Of a stretch of DNA of 64,000 nt, positions 47,788 through 56,680 are shown piece after piece. Within the stretch, counting starts at the first letter, position 1. The number at the start of each line of letters is the position of its first letter. The notes below the pieces were generated by a model that was not told the DNA's origin, ran no database searches, and saw only the letters and a list, made by a program, of their open reading frames with translations. The position numbers and the translations under genes were made by a program. The stretch is from an uncultured Bacteroidota bacterium (GTDB lineage Bacteria; Bacteroidota; Bacteroidia; Flavobacteriales; Flavobacteriaceae): positions 2,324 through 66,323 of the forward strand of contig CABXKB010000003.1 of the NCBI GenBank assembly GCA_902512755.1, read 5' to 3'.

Positions 47788-49236
47788 TTAAGTTAGTTCC
47801 CATCCTTTTCTATAATCACGAGTTACGAATTGATTAGCAGCCTCTAAGTTTTTTATTTTCATGTTGTCCCCATCCCAAAGTAGTTTCCTCCGGCCAATAT
47901 AAGTTGAGCGTCTCGATCCTTCTTTCTTCTCTTGTAAATTATAGCTTCTAATAGCTATATTACCCATCAACACTGTTTCTGTTAAAGGTCCTGAATAGTC
48001 AAAAGAGGAGGTAAGTGATTTATGTTCTGAACTATTGAATCCAGCTTTACAAGCGTCTACCCATTGACGCTGATGCCCATATTCAGGCTCACTTACTCTT
48101 ACACGTTCACCTTTAATAACAGGTTCTCCTATTCTATATAATTTTGGATCATTACCATAAGAATCACATGTAATTACCCCCTTTTCTCCGATCATTATTA
48201 CTCCATTATCTTCAATACTTACATCAGCAGGAAGTAAATCAGGGTGAAATGGTTTGATTCCTCCATCTGACCAAGTCATTTCAATTGGGCTTGCATTTTT
48301 TTCAGTTGCATCGAAGTGCATAGATACTGATGAAGAGGGTGGGCATCCTTCAGGATAATAATCTGGGCTCCACATCTTAGTGAAAATTGTTCCAATACTA
48401 CACTCTACATCAGTAGGATATTTTAATCCTAAAGCTTTAAAAGGAATGTCGATTAAGTGACATCCCATATCCCCTAAAGCACCTGTTCCAAAGTTCCACC
48501 ACCCTCTCCAATTAAAAGGGTGCATATTTGGAATATATGGTGTACCTTCTGATGGACCTAACCACTGGTCCCAATTCAAAGTGTCTGGTTTTAATGTTAC
48601 ATCAGGCTTTGGCATAGGAACACCCTGTGGCCATACTGGTCGATTAGTCCATACATTAACTTTTGAAATTGTACCTATCATTCCTTCCTTTATCCATTTT
48701 TGAATCTGAATCTGGTCAGGGTTAGATGCACCTTGGTTACCCATTTGGGTTACTACTTTTTGTTCCCTAGCCATTTCAGTTAATAAACGAGCTTCATAAA
48801 TATTATGTGTTAAAGGCTTTTGAACATATATATGAATACCTCGCTCCATAGCATAATGAGCAGCTACGGCATGAGTGTGGTCTGGAGTTGAAATAGTCAC
48901 AGCATCAATATCTTTTTCCTTATCAAGCATTTTTTTAAAATTGTCATAAAATTTGGCATCTGAAAAACGATCAATGCTTTTCTTAATGCCATTTTTTCCA
49001 GAACTATCAGTATCACATAAGGCAACTACACGTTCACGCCCCTTAACTGATGCATTACGAAGATCGCCTTGCCCCTTACCTCCTACGCCGATTCCTGCTA
49101 GGGCAAGCTGGTCACTAGGCGCTGTATATCCTACTCCACCTAAGACATGACGAGGTAAAATGAATAAAGAGCTTGCTGCTACACCACGTTTAATGAAAGT
49201 TCTGCGTTTAATAGATGTGTTTTTTTTAGGTTGCAT
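47788..49236 (-). CDS. Gfo/Idh/MocA family oxidoreductase, TAT-exported
   Basis: Twin-arginine leader KRRTFIKRGVAASS and Rossmann fold GIGVGGKGQGD. 482 aa. Confidence 0.85.
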   Translation of the reverse strand: MQPKKNTSIKRRTFIKRGVAASSLFILPRHVLGGVGYTAPSDQLALAGIGVGGKGQGDLRNASVKGRERVVALCDTDSSGKNGIKKSIDRFSDAKFYDNFKKMLDKEKDIDAVTISTPDHTHAVAAHYAMERGIHIYVQKPLTHNIYEARLLTEMAREQKVVTQMGNQGASNPDQIQIQKWIKEGMIGTISKVNVWTNRPVWPQGVPMPKPDVTLKPDTLNWDQWLGPSEGTPYIPNMHPFNWRGWWNFGTGALGDMGCHLIDIPFKALGLKYPTDVECSIGTIFTKMWSPDYYPEGCPPSSSVSMHFDATEKNASPIEMTWSDGGIKPFHPDLLPADVSIEDNGVIMIGEKGVITCDSYGNDPKLYRIGEPVIKGERVRVSEPEYGHQRQWVDACKAGFNSSEHKSLTSSFDYSGPLTETVLMGNIAIRSYNLQEKKEGSRRSTYIGRRKLLWDGDNMKIKNLEAANQFVTRDYRKGWELT

Positions 49237-49411
49237 ACATTAAAATTTGATTAGAAAAAATATCTAGTTTATGAATTTAATCCTGATATAAAATTGATTT
49301 TTAAATGTTATTAAATATAATTACGAACTAATTAATCTTAACCCTTAAATGGTAAGTTACTTATACTTAATTAAGAGAACTAAATTACAAAATATAATTG
49401 TTTTAAATTTT

Positions 49412-49948
49412 CTAAGGAGCTAAAAACTGGCCCCTCCATGAATCATATGAATTGAAGATAGCTCGAATATGGTTAGGACGTTTTAATCTTAGGTATTCCA
49501 AACTTAAAGATTGAAATTTAATTTTTGTGAAATGTCCATTTGAAAAGTCATGAACAATTTCATCTGGGTTTTTTATGTTCGAGCCCGGAATTTGTATACT
49601 AGAGTAATCTATTTTATTGGAATCGGGTAAGGCTTTATAAATTGAAGTTTCATAAGAAATTTTTTTCACTTTAGCATTAACCAATAATTGAATCATTAGT
49701 GTTGGATCGTAAAACAAAAACTGAATGTGTTCATTTTTATTTAACTCCATTACTTTTTTTGACCGTGCATCAGTAAAAATAGTAAAACTCATTTGTTCAG
49801 GGTCAAAATCACGAAGCACAACTGTTCGTAAATTAGTGTTTCCATCCAGCTTTTGGGTTGCTAATGTAAAAAAACGAAACGCATGTTTTTTATTTTTTAA
49901 AGCTGCTATAAGTTGTTTTTTACAATCATCAAAAATTTGATCTAACAT
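49412..49948 (-). CDS. Pyridoxamine 5'-phosphate oxidase family protein
   Basis: 178 aa with the split-barrel FMN-binding pattern (FFTLAT...RTVVLRDFD). Confidence 0.65.
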   Translation of the reverse strand: MLDQIFDDCKKQLIAALKNKKHAFRFFTLATQKLDGNTNLRTVVLRDFDPEQMSFTIFTDARSKKVMELNKNEHIQFLFYDPTLMIQLLVNAKVKKISYETSIYKALPDSNKIDYSSIQIPGSNIKNPDEIVHDFSNGHFTKIKFQSLSLEYLRLKRPNHIRAIFNSYDSWRGQFLAP

Positions 49949-50955
49949 TATTCTTGATTTAGTTTAAGCCAGTTATTAGTTCTTATTACTGCATTCTCTT
50001 GGATATCTTTCCAAAAAAGGTTTATGTCTGCAAAATGATAATTTTTAATAAAAGAAAGAATAAATCTTTTTTTGATTTTTGGAAGTGTAGACCATAGTAT
50101 TCCATTAGTCTTTTGCACGGAGAGGCTATTTGGATAAATCTTCTTATTTGAGGCAAGTACACCTAAATGTTGTTTACTATTTCCTTTAATACTTTCATCC
50201 CAATTTATAGGGTTAGATACAACACCTCCTTTAAACCATTTTTCATATGACTTAGGCAAATGATTCATTTTATAAGTATTCCAGCTCACAAATCCTCCTA
50301 TAGCATCTGGATTATTTAATAACGGAATACTTCTGAATTCGTCAACATTAACTCGAGTTCCAACTAAATATGCGGCGATTAGTTTTTTCTGTAGGGGTTT
50401 TTCATCAAAAAATTCTTTTAAAAGTCCTATGGCATGAATTGCTCCTTGACTATGAGCCGCAATAATTATTGGTTTTGAATTATTATAGTTTTCTAAATAA
50501 TACTTAAATGCTTTTTTGATGTCTTGATAAGCCATTACACCAGCCTCTTCCCCTTGGGATGAATATGGTTCAACAAAAATTCTGTAGTGGGCTTGACGAT
50601 AAAAAGGAACATATAAATTGGCCGCTTTTACCCATGCTGAAGCTTGAAAGGCTACAGCTTTTTCCAAAATATTTCTGCGAATTGAAGCTTCTTTAATATC
50701 AGCGTTCCAAGAAGCATCCTTTTTATCAGTTAAAAGTGTTGGATAAATATAAAAAACATCAGCCTTCTTTTCTTTTGATTTTCCTGCAATTTCTTCCAAT
50801 GATGAATTCCAAAGATGAGGAAGGACAGCCCAATTTTCCAGTTTTTCATAATCAGGTGCTAAAGGACTACTAGCTAAACTAAATTCTGAAGTTTTATAAA
50901 TACTAGAACAGGATAAAAATAATACCCCTGTAAAAAAAGATATAGCTGATTTCAA
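49948..50955 (-). CDS. DUF3089-like alpha/beta hydrolase lipoprotein
   Basis: Lipobox LFLSCSS. VFYIYPT and nucleophile elbow AAHSQGA are typical of DUF3089. Confidence 0.65.
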   Translation of the reverse strand: MKSAISFFTGVLFLSCSSIYKTSEFSLASSPLAPDYEKLENWAVLPHLWNSSLEEIAGKSKEKKADVFYIYPTLLTDKKDASWNADIKEASIRRNILEKAVAFQASAWVKAANLYVPFYRQAHYRIFVEPYSSQGEEAGVMAYQDIKKAFKYYLENYNNSKPIIIAAHSQGAIHAIGLLKEFFDEKPLQKKLIAAYLVGTRVNVDEFRSIPLLNNPDAIGGFVSWNTYKMNHLPKSYEKWFKGGVVSNPINWDESIKGNSKQHLGVLASNKKIYPNSLSVQKTNGILWSTLPKIKKRFILSFIKNYHFADINLFWKDIQENAVIRTNNWLKLNQE

Positions 50956-51072
50956 TTACAATTTTCGATAAAGATAATGAATGCATTTGTTCTAAGGTTG
51001 AACTAAGAACATTCTCTATTTAATTGATTAAGTATTATAAGTCATTTTAGATAAAAAAATTTTTATTGAAAA

Positions 51073-51783
51073 TTATTCAAGAGTTACGGTTCTTTTTGAG
51101 GGATTAAATGGAGAATTTATTAAATCTCCATTTTTATTCAGAAGTTCAAGTTTTATTGAGATTTCTCCTTTTGGCAAACCTTGAATGTAATAGGGGGCCC
51201 ATTCGTCAATAATAAATTCAGAATCCTGTATGGTTGCTCTTATCTTATTTCCGCTTGCTGAAATTTTTGTGTTAACTAAATAAAAATCTAAAAGTAATTT
51301 TTCTGTGTCTTTTCCTTTATAAACACCTTTTGGTCTACTGTAGAAAAGAAATTCATCATTCAAATCAATTTCTTCTCCTGTACCAACCTGAGTGAGAATA
51401 AATGCATTATTGTTTTTAACAGACTCATGGTGAGATCTTGATAAAAAAGCAAGTATTACATTATTTTCTTTGTCTAATTCTTTTTTAAAACTTTCGGTAT
51501 AATGAGCAGAATATGGATTATTATTTATTATAAGATGAATATGCTGTCCTTTTCCAGAATTTGCCAATTCATGATTAAATTCATTCGGTGTCTGAATACC
51601 AAGTTTATAATCTTCAAGCTCAAATGAAAAATTATATTCTTCATTGTCAAAAATTATATTTTGAATTTTAAGTTTAGAATTTTTATATGAAGGCGAGCCT
51701 TCAAGTTTTGTAATTGTTATTTGCTTCGAATTATTACATGAAAGGACTATCAAAGCAATTAATACAGTTATATATATTTTCAT
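51073..51783 (-). CDS. Hypothetical lipoprotein
   Basis: 236 aa with lipobox IVLSCNN. No recognised domain. Confidence 0.45.
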   Translation of the reverse strand: MKIYITVLIALIVLSCNNSKQITITKLEGSPSYKNSKLKIQNIIFDNEEYNFSFELEDYKLGIQTPNEFNHELANSGKGQHIHLIINNNPYSAHYTESFKKELDKENNVILAFLSRSHHESVKNNNAFILTQVGTGEEIDLNDEFLFYSRPKGVYKGKDTEKLLLDFYLVNTKISASGNKIRATIQDSEFIIDEWAPYYIQGLPKGEISIKLELLNKNGDLINSPFNPSKRTVTLE

Positions 51784-51892
51784 TGAATAAATCTAAAAAT
51801 TTAATAAGATAAAACAACAATCATTTTAATTAATTTACAATCATTCAATATGCTGTTGAGTAATTATCACTTAACAACAAATAAAATAATAG

Positions 51893-52690
51893 TTAAAACT
51901 CCCATTGACGAGTTACATCAAGTTTTTTCTTAGCTTCTAATTCTTCTTTTGGGATGACCTTTAAGAATGAAGGATGCTGTTCAATAGCATATTCTATTTT
52001 TTCCAAAATATTTTCAACACTATCTTTTTCATAATCAAATTCTAAAGGTTTTTTAATAATCATAGATTGAAGTATGCCACGCTTTTTTATCATCAAACCT
52101 TTTTTGTCAAAAGAGCGTCTAAAACCATCAATTACTATTGGGACAACAATTGGCTTATAATGTTTAATAATATGAGCTGTTCCTTTACGAACAGGCTTAA
52201 AGGGTTTTGTGGTCCCTTGAGGGAATGTAATAACCCAACCGTCATTTAGAGCTAATCCTATATTGGAAATATCACTCATTTTTACCTGACGTTTTACATT
52301 CTTCCCACTTTCTCGCCATGTGCGTTCAATAGAAACTGAACCTGCATAGGCAAGAATTCTCGGAAGCAATCCTGCACGCATAGTTTCTTTAGCTGCTACA
52401 TAATATATATTTAACTTGGGACTCCATAAATAGCCAACATTTTTAATATTATCAATCCGGCCACTCAAACTTGCATTAAAAACATGAAACATTGCAACTA
52501 CATCGGCAAAATAAGTCTGGTGATTAGAGATAAATAATACATTTTTTTCTGAAAGATTTTTGATTATCTCAGAGCCTTCAATATGAAGCTGATTAAATCC
52601 TCTATAGCGTCGATGAGACATAAAACCCAAATATCTGATCAGCCATTTTTTTAGAATCAAGTAATGACCAAAGGGATTTTTTTTTAACAT
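51893..52690 (-). CDS. Lysophospholipid (1-acyl-sn-glycerol-3-phosphate) acyltransferase family protein
   Basis: HxxxxD motif (SNHQTYFAD) and FPQGT block. Confidence 0.8.
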   Translation of the reverse strand: MLKKNPFGHYLILKKWLIRYLGFMSHRRYRGFNQLHIEGSEIIKNLSEKNVLFISNHQTYFADVVAMFHVFNASLSGRIDNIKNVGYLWSPKLNIYYVAAKETMRAGLLPRILAYAGSVSIERTWRESGKNVKRQVKMSDISNIGLALNDGWVITFPQGTTKPFKPVRKGTAHIIKHYKPIVVPIVIDGFRRSFDKKGLMIKKRGILQSMIIKKPLEFDYEKDSVENILEKIEYAIEQHPSFLKVIPKEELEAKKKLDVTRQWEF

Positions 52691-52721
52691 ATTTAATATA
52701 AGATGCAGCTTAAAGATATAA

Positions 52722-53381
52722 TTAATTAGAACTTAGAGAAGTTAAAAAAGATTTAAATTCAGATAGTATCATAGCAGTTGCTCCCCAAATCAAATTATTT
52801 TCATAACAAAAACATGGAACTTCAGTACCCTTTTGAGGTCCTTGATCTAAAAATCTTTTCTCTATCTCTAATTCCATGAGTTTAGATAAGGATATCTGAA
52901 TATGAGCTGCAACTTCTCTTTTGTCTATGTTAAATTTAGGATGAAAATTTTCGAAAGTTATAAAAGGACTTACTAGAAAATTACTTGGGGGGATATAAAT
53001 TGGAGTTAAAGGCAATAGGTTTTTATTTAATATTTGTATTCCAAGTTCTTCACTGCACTCTCGAAGTGCAGTGTCCTCAAGGTTTTGATCCTCCGACTCT
53101 GGTTTTCCACCTGGAAAACTAATTTGTCCCGAGTGAACTCCTATATAATCTGTTCTTTTAATTAGTGAAAGATGCATCAAATCTAATTTAGGATAGCAAT
53201 AAAGTAAAACAGCTGCTTTTTTGGCAAATTTTGTATATATCCTTTTTGAGGGTATTTTACTTTTCCTATCCAATGGAGCTGCTAAAAGCTGAGCACTCAA
53301 ACCAGGTAAGGGAAAATCTTTTATTTTTGTAAAGGAATCAACAAATTTTTTATAATTCATGAGAAAAGTAAAATTAATCAT
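52722..53381 (-). CDS. NUDIX hydrolase (CoA pyrophosphatase-like)
   Basis: Nudix box GGKPESEDQNLEDTALRECSEELGI. An alternative start at 53360 shares a CATG with the divergent PPIase start. Confidence 0.8.
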   Translation of the reverse strand: MINFTFLMNYKKFVDSFTKIKDFPLPGLSAQLLAAPLDRKSKIPSKRIYTKFAKKAAVLLYCYPKLDLMHLSLIKRTDYIGVHSGQISFPGGKPESEDQNLEDTALRECSEELGIQILNKNLLPLTPIYIPPSNFLVSPFITFENFHPKFNIDKREVAAHIQISLSKLMELEIEKRFLDQGPQKGTEVPCFCYENNLIWGATAMILSEFKSFLTSLSSN

Positions 53382-54090
53382 ATTCTTTATTTTTTCTACT
53401 CTGATTTTTTTTCAATGTGATTTTGATAAAAAACAAAAGAAAAAAACTTTAGTTGTAAAGGATTCGATGGTCAATGCCATAAAAGAAAACAAATCTCAAA
53501 ATTTGGAAGTTGAAGAGGAAGAAAAAAAAGAGAAAAAAAGTATTATTCTGAATGATAAAAATGCAATACCATTTTTCTTTAAGTACCAAAAAGAAAATTT
53601 AGAGGATAAAATTCGAATAAATACTCGCTTTGGAAACATTGATATCCAATTATTCAAAAACACTCCATACCATCGTGCCAATTTTATATATCTAATTAAA
53701 AAAGGGTATTTCAACAATACTACATTTCATCGTGTAGTTCCTGGATTTATTATTCAAGGTGGAAATTCAGATAGATATGAAACTTCAAAAAAAAGAGATG
53801 AAATAGGCAAATATCTTCTGCCACCAGATACAAGAAAAGGACACAAACATCACAGAGGGGTAATTTCAATGCCAAGTAGTGAAATAAAAAATCCCTATAA
53901 GCTAGCCTCTCCCTATGAATTCTTCATTGTTCAACAATCTCCAGGTGCATATCATTTAGATGGATCTTATACTGCTTTCGGCAAAGTTATTTCGGGTATG
54001 GAAGTTGTCGATAAAATTAATAAACAAAAGACAGACAAAAGAGAAACTCCATTAACTAATGTTTTCATGAATGTTTCGATTTTAGAATAA
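53359..54090 (+). CDS. Cyclophilin-type peptidyl-prolyl cis-trans isomerase, exported
   Basis: Signal peptide or lipobox (LIFFQC). Cyclophilin motifs FHRVVPGFIIQGG and FGKVISGMEVVDKI. Confidence 0.85.
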   Translation: MRKVKLIIFFIFSTLIFFQCDFDKKQKKKTLVVKDSMVNAIKENKSQNLEVEEEEKKEKKSIILNDKNAIPFFFKYQKENLEDKIRINTRFGNIDIQLFKNTPYHRANFIYLIKKGYFNNTTFHRVVPGFIIQGGNSDRYETSKKRDEIGKYLLPPDTRKGHKHHRGVISMPSSEIKNPYKLASPYEFFIVQQSPGAYHLDGSYTAFGKVISGMEVVDKINKQKTDKRETPLTNVFMNVSILE

Positions 54091-54180
54091 CTTTTACAAC
54101 AATATTTATCACAATCGAAAAGAGTGTTTTTTTAAATTATTATAAATTTTTCTTATTATTTTTATAAAAATGATAGATTT

Positions 54181-55107
54181 ATGACGCTAACACAATTACA
54201 GTATACATTAGCAGTGGCAGAAGAAGGAAATTTTACACTCGCTGCAGAAAAATGTTTTGTAACCCAGCCCACACTGAGTATGCAAGTTCAAAAACTTGAA
54301 GATGAGTTAGGAGTAAAACTTTTTAATCGAAATGCTAAGCCTATAGCACTTACTCAAATTGGGGAGAAAATCCTTAATCAAGCTAAAACAATTGTAGAAG
54401 AAGCAAAGCGAATGGATGACATTGTAGCTATGGAGAAAGGAGAGGTTAAGGGTGATTTTAAATTGGGAATCATACCAACTGTGATGCCAACATTACTCCC
54501 TTTATTCCTAAACACTTTTATCAAAAAATATCCTTTAGTAAATTTAATCATTGAAGAATCTACCACCATATCAATTACGGAGAGACTAATTCAAGGTAAG
54601 CTCGATGCAGGAATAGCAGCTACACCACTGGACAATCCAAAGCTTATCGAAAAGCCATTATACTACGAACCATTTATAGGTTATATCCCTAAATCGCATT
54701 TTTTATCAAAATTAGATAAAATTGAACCTGAGGATATTGAAAATATGGATGTCTTAGTTTTAGAAGATGGACATTGTTTTAGAAATCATGTATTGAAGCT
54801 ATGCAAGACAACTAGGGTTTCAAAATCTTTTGATCTAAAAAGCGGTAGTTTTGAAACATTAGTACACCTTGCAAACGAAGGAATGGGAATGACTCTACTC
54901 CCCTATTTGCAAACAAGAAATCTTTCAATAGAAAATTTTCAAAATTTGCGTCATTTTAAAAGTCCAGAGCCTGCTCGTGAAATAAGTATGGTGTTCAGCA
55001 AAAGTCAATTAAGACTTCCAATAATTGATGCATTATCACAATCAATCGAAGGGATTGTTAGAGGTGCTATTCAATTCGAAAACATACAATTAATTTCTCC
55101 AAAATAA
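54181..55107 (+). CDS. oxyR: LysR family transcriptional regulator, OxyR-type
   Basis: N-terminal HTH (LTQLQYTLAVAEEGNFTLAAEKCFVTQPTLS). Redox cysteine pair spaced as in OxyR (EDGHCFRNHVLKLC, C and C+9). Confidence 0.8.
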   Translation: MTLTQLQYTLAVAEEGNFTLAAEKCFVTQPTLSMQVQKLEDELGVKLFNRNAKPIALTQIGEKILNQAKTIVEEAKRMDDIVAMEKGEVKGDFKLGIIPTVMPTLLPLFLNTFIKKYPLVNLIIEESTTISITERLIQGKLDAGIAATPLDNPKLIEKPLYYEPFIGYIPKSHFLSKLDKIEPEDIENMDVLVLEDGHCFRNHVLKLCKTTRVSKSFDLKSGSFETLVHLANEGMGMTLLPYLQTRNLSIENFQNLRHFKSPEPAREISMVFSKSQLRLPIIDALSQSIEGIVRGAIQFENIQLISPK

Positions 55108-55112
55108 GGAGG

Positions 55113-55301
55113 TCAAACGGAATATATAGCAATTTGTAAATCAGATCTATTTGTAATAAACTCATTTACCCATTCGCGTAAAATATCACAATCCTTTGGT
55201 GTCAAATATTTATATGCCTTTCTAAGCTCTTTGCGAAAAAGACGTACATCAAAGCTTACTTTCTGTAGAATTTGCTGATAATATTTAAGTTTTTTAGACA
55301 T
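55113..55301 (-). CDS. Hypothetical small protein
   Basis: 62-aa helical ORF with no recognised motif. Confidence 0.3.
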   Translation of the reverse strand: MSKKLKYYQQILQKVSFDVRLFRKELRKAYKYLTPKDCDILREWVNEFITNRSDLQIAIYSV

Positions 55302-55450
55302 AGATTAATCTATTAAATATTTAACAATGTATGGAGATTTTAAATTTAAAAATGTTGTTGAAATGTTAAAAAACAAAAATAAAATAGGAAGAAACGGAGA
55401 TTGAGGTTTGTTGATATTTTATTAAATGTAATATTACACACACTTTTTAT

Positions 55451-55510
55451 AGGTGAAGCGTAGTGCTGTCATCGCTCCTACTTTGGGATCAGACTAGGTT
55501 AAAGGATTCT
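55451..55510 (+). pseudogene. Degenerate tRNA-Pro(TGG) fragment (5' two-thirds)
   Basis: 55452-55492 aligns by eye to 58007-58047 of the intact tRNA-Pro with 34/41 identities, including the whole anticodon loop CTTTGGGA. No complementary 3' acceptor strand follows. Confidence 0.6.
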
Positions 55511-55548
55511 AATTTTTCTAAATACTAAAAATAAATACTTATTTTAAG

Positions 55549-56049
55549 CTATTCTAATCTCACATAATATTCAGCAAAAGCATCTCCACCATCATATTCT
55601 GAGAATAATTGAGAATAGTGATTAGGTCCTATATCTATTTTAAACTTAGCTATCCATCTTCCTTCGTCATCTTTATTAGAGGCTTCTTTTTTCCAGAGTT
55701 GAAAGTTGTTTGTTCCATCAACATTATATTCAGTCAAAATTCCATTTGAATAAGAATATTTATTAGCAAACCCAGCTTGACCATAATTAATATCAAGACC
55801 TGTGGAGTCTCTAGTTATATTATTTCCAACAAACATCATAAAGTTATCTGTGAAGATTTTTGTTTGAAATCCATTTGAAACTCCAAATGCATTCCAATCC
55901 AAAGTATCGACCGGTTTATTGTTCTCGTATTTTATCGCTCCCACCATTTTCCAAACTCCTTTAATTGGATTTGTTTTTTCTGATGATTGTTTATTACAAG
56001 AAATCAGAATTGCAGTTGAAACAAGAATTAATAAAAATGTTTTTTTCAT
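55549..56049 (-). CDS. Hypothetical lipoprotein (lipocalin-like?)
   Basis: Start MKKTFLLILVSTAILISC (lipobox). A GVWKMV motif after the signal resembles lipocalin-like DUFs of Bacteroidota. The track start is 56061. Confidence 0.45.
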   Translation of the reverse strand: MKKTFLLILVSTAILISCNKQSSEKTNPIKGVWKMVGAIKYENNKPVDTLDWNAFGVSNGFQTKIFTDNFMMFVGNNITRDSTGLDINYGQAGFANKYSYSNGILTEYNVDGTNNFQLWKKEASNKDDEGRWIAKFKIDIGPNHYSQLFSEYDGGDAFAEYYVRLE

Positions 56050-56191
56050 TATAATTGACATATTTAATAAGCCACTAATATAAGAAATTTGTTCTTCGTG
56101 TTTTTCTTCCTGAACTTAATGAAGATTAAATGCCGATGATATAAAAAACCCTCCGATTGGGAGGGAATATATTGTTATGATTTAATCTTAA

Positions 56192-56596
56192 TTATGCTCC
56201 AGCTGCAGCAATTAGAATTAAAGCAACCCAAGCTGCTGTTCCAATAAGAGCATTTCCACCAGATTTACTTTTAGCTCCCTTTTCATAACCTTTTAGATAA
56301 GCTGGGTCGTCAATAATAGCTTTATTTGGCCCATTCATTGCTTCAAAACTAGGGTATTGAGAAGAAGTTAGATAAACTATGCCGGTTCCTATTAAGCCAG
56401 TAAAAAATCCGAGAACTATATTTCCCCCTTTTCTCTTTGCATATCTTTTACCATCAAGCTCACCAAGACTTAGTTTCTCAAAATCAGTCATATCTTGTCC
56501 AATAGAAACCATAACAACGTCATTATTTGTAATCTTAATTAAATCAGTTGTCAAAATAATGAAATTAAAATACTCGATAATTCTAATTTTTGGCAT
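56192..56596 (-). CDS. Hypothetical membrane protein, 5' end doubtful or truncated
   Basis: Two Gly-rich TM segments (GFFTGLIGTGIVYL, GTAAWVALILIAAAGA). The N-terminal 28 aa look non-genic; an alternative start is at 56512. No signal peptide. Confidence 0.3.
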   Translation of the reverse strand: MPKIRIIEYFNFIILTTDLIKITNNDVVMVSIGQDMTDFEKLSLGELDGKRYAKRKGGNIVLGFFTGLIGTGIVYLTSSQYPSFEAMNGPNKAIIDDPAYLKGYEKGAKSKSGGNALIGTAAWVALILIAAAGA

Positions 56597-56680
56597 TCAA
56601 AGTATCATTCATCAAGGTTTATTAGAAAAAATAAGATTTATTCTTTTGGAGGTTATGGACATTATCAATTAAGAAATGAT

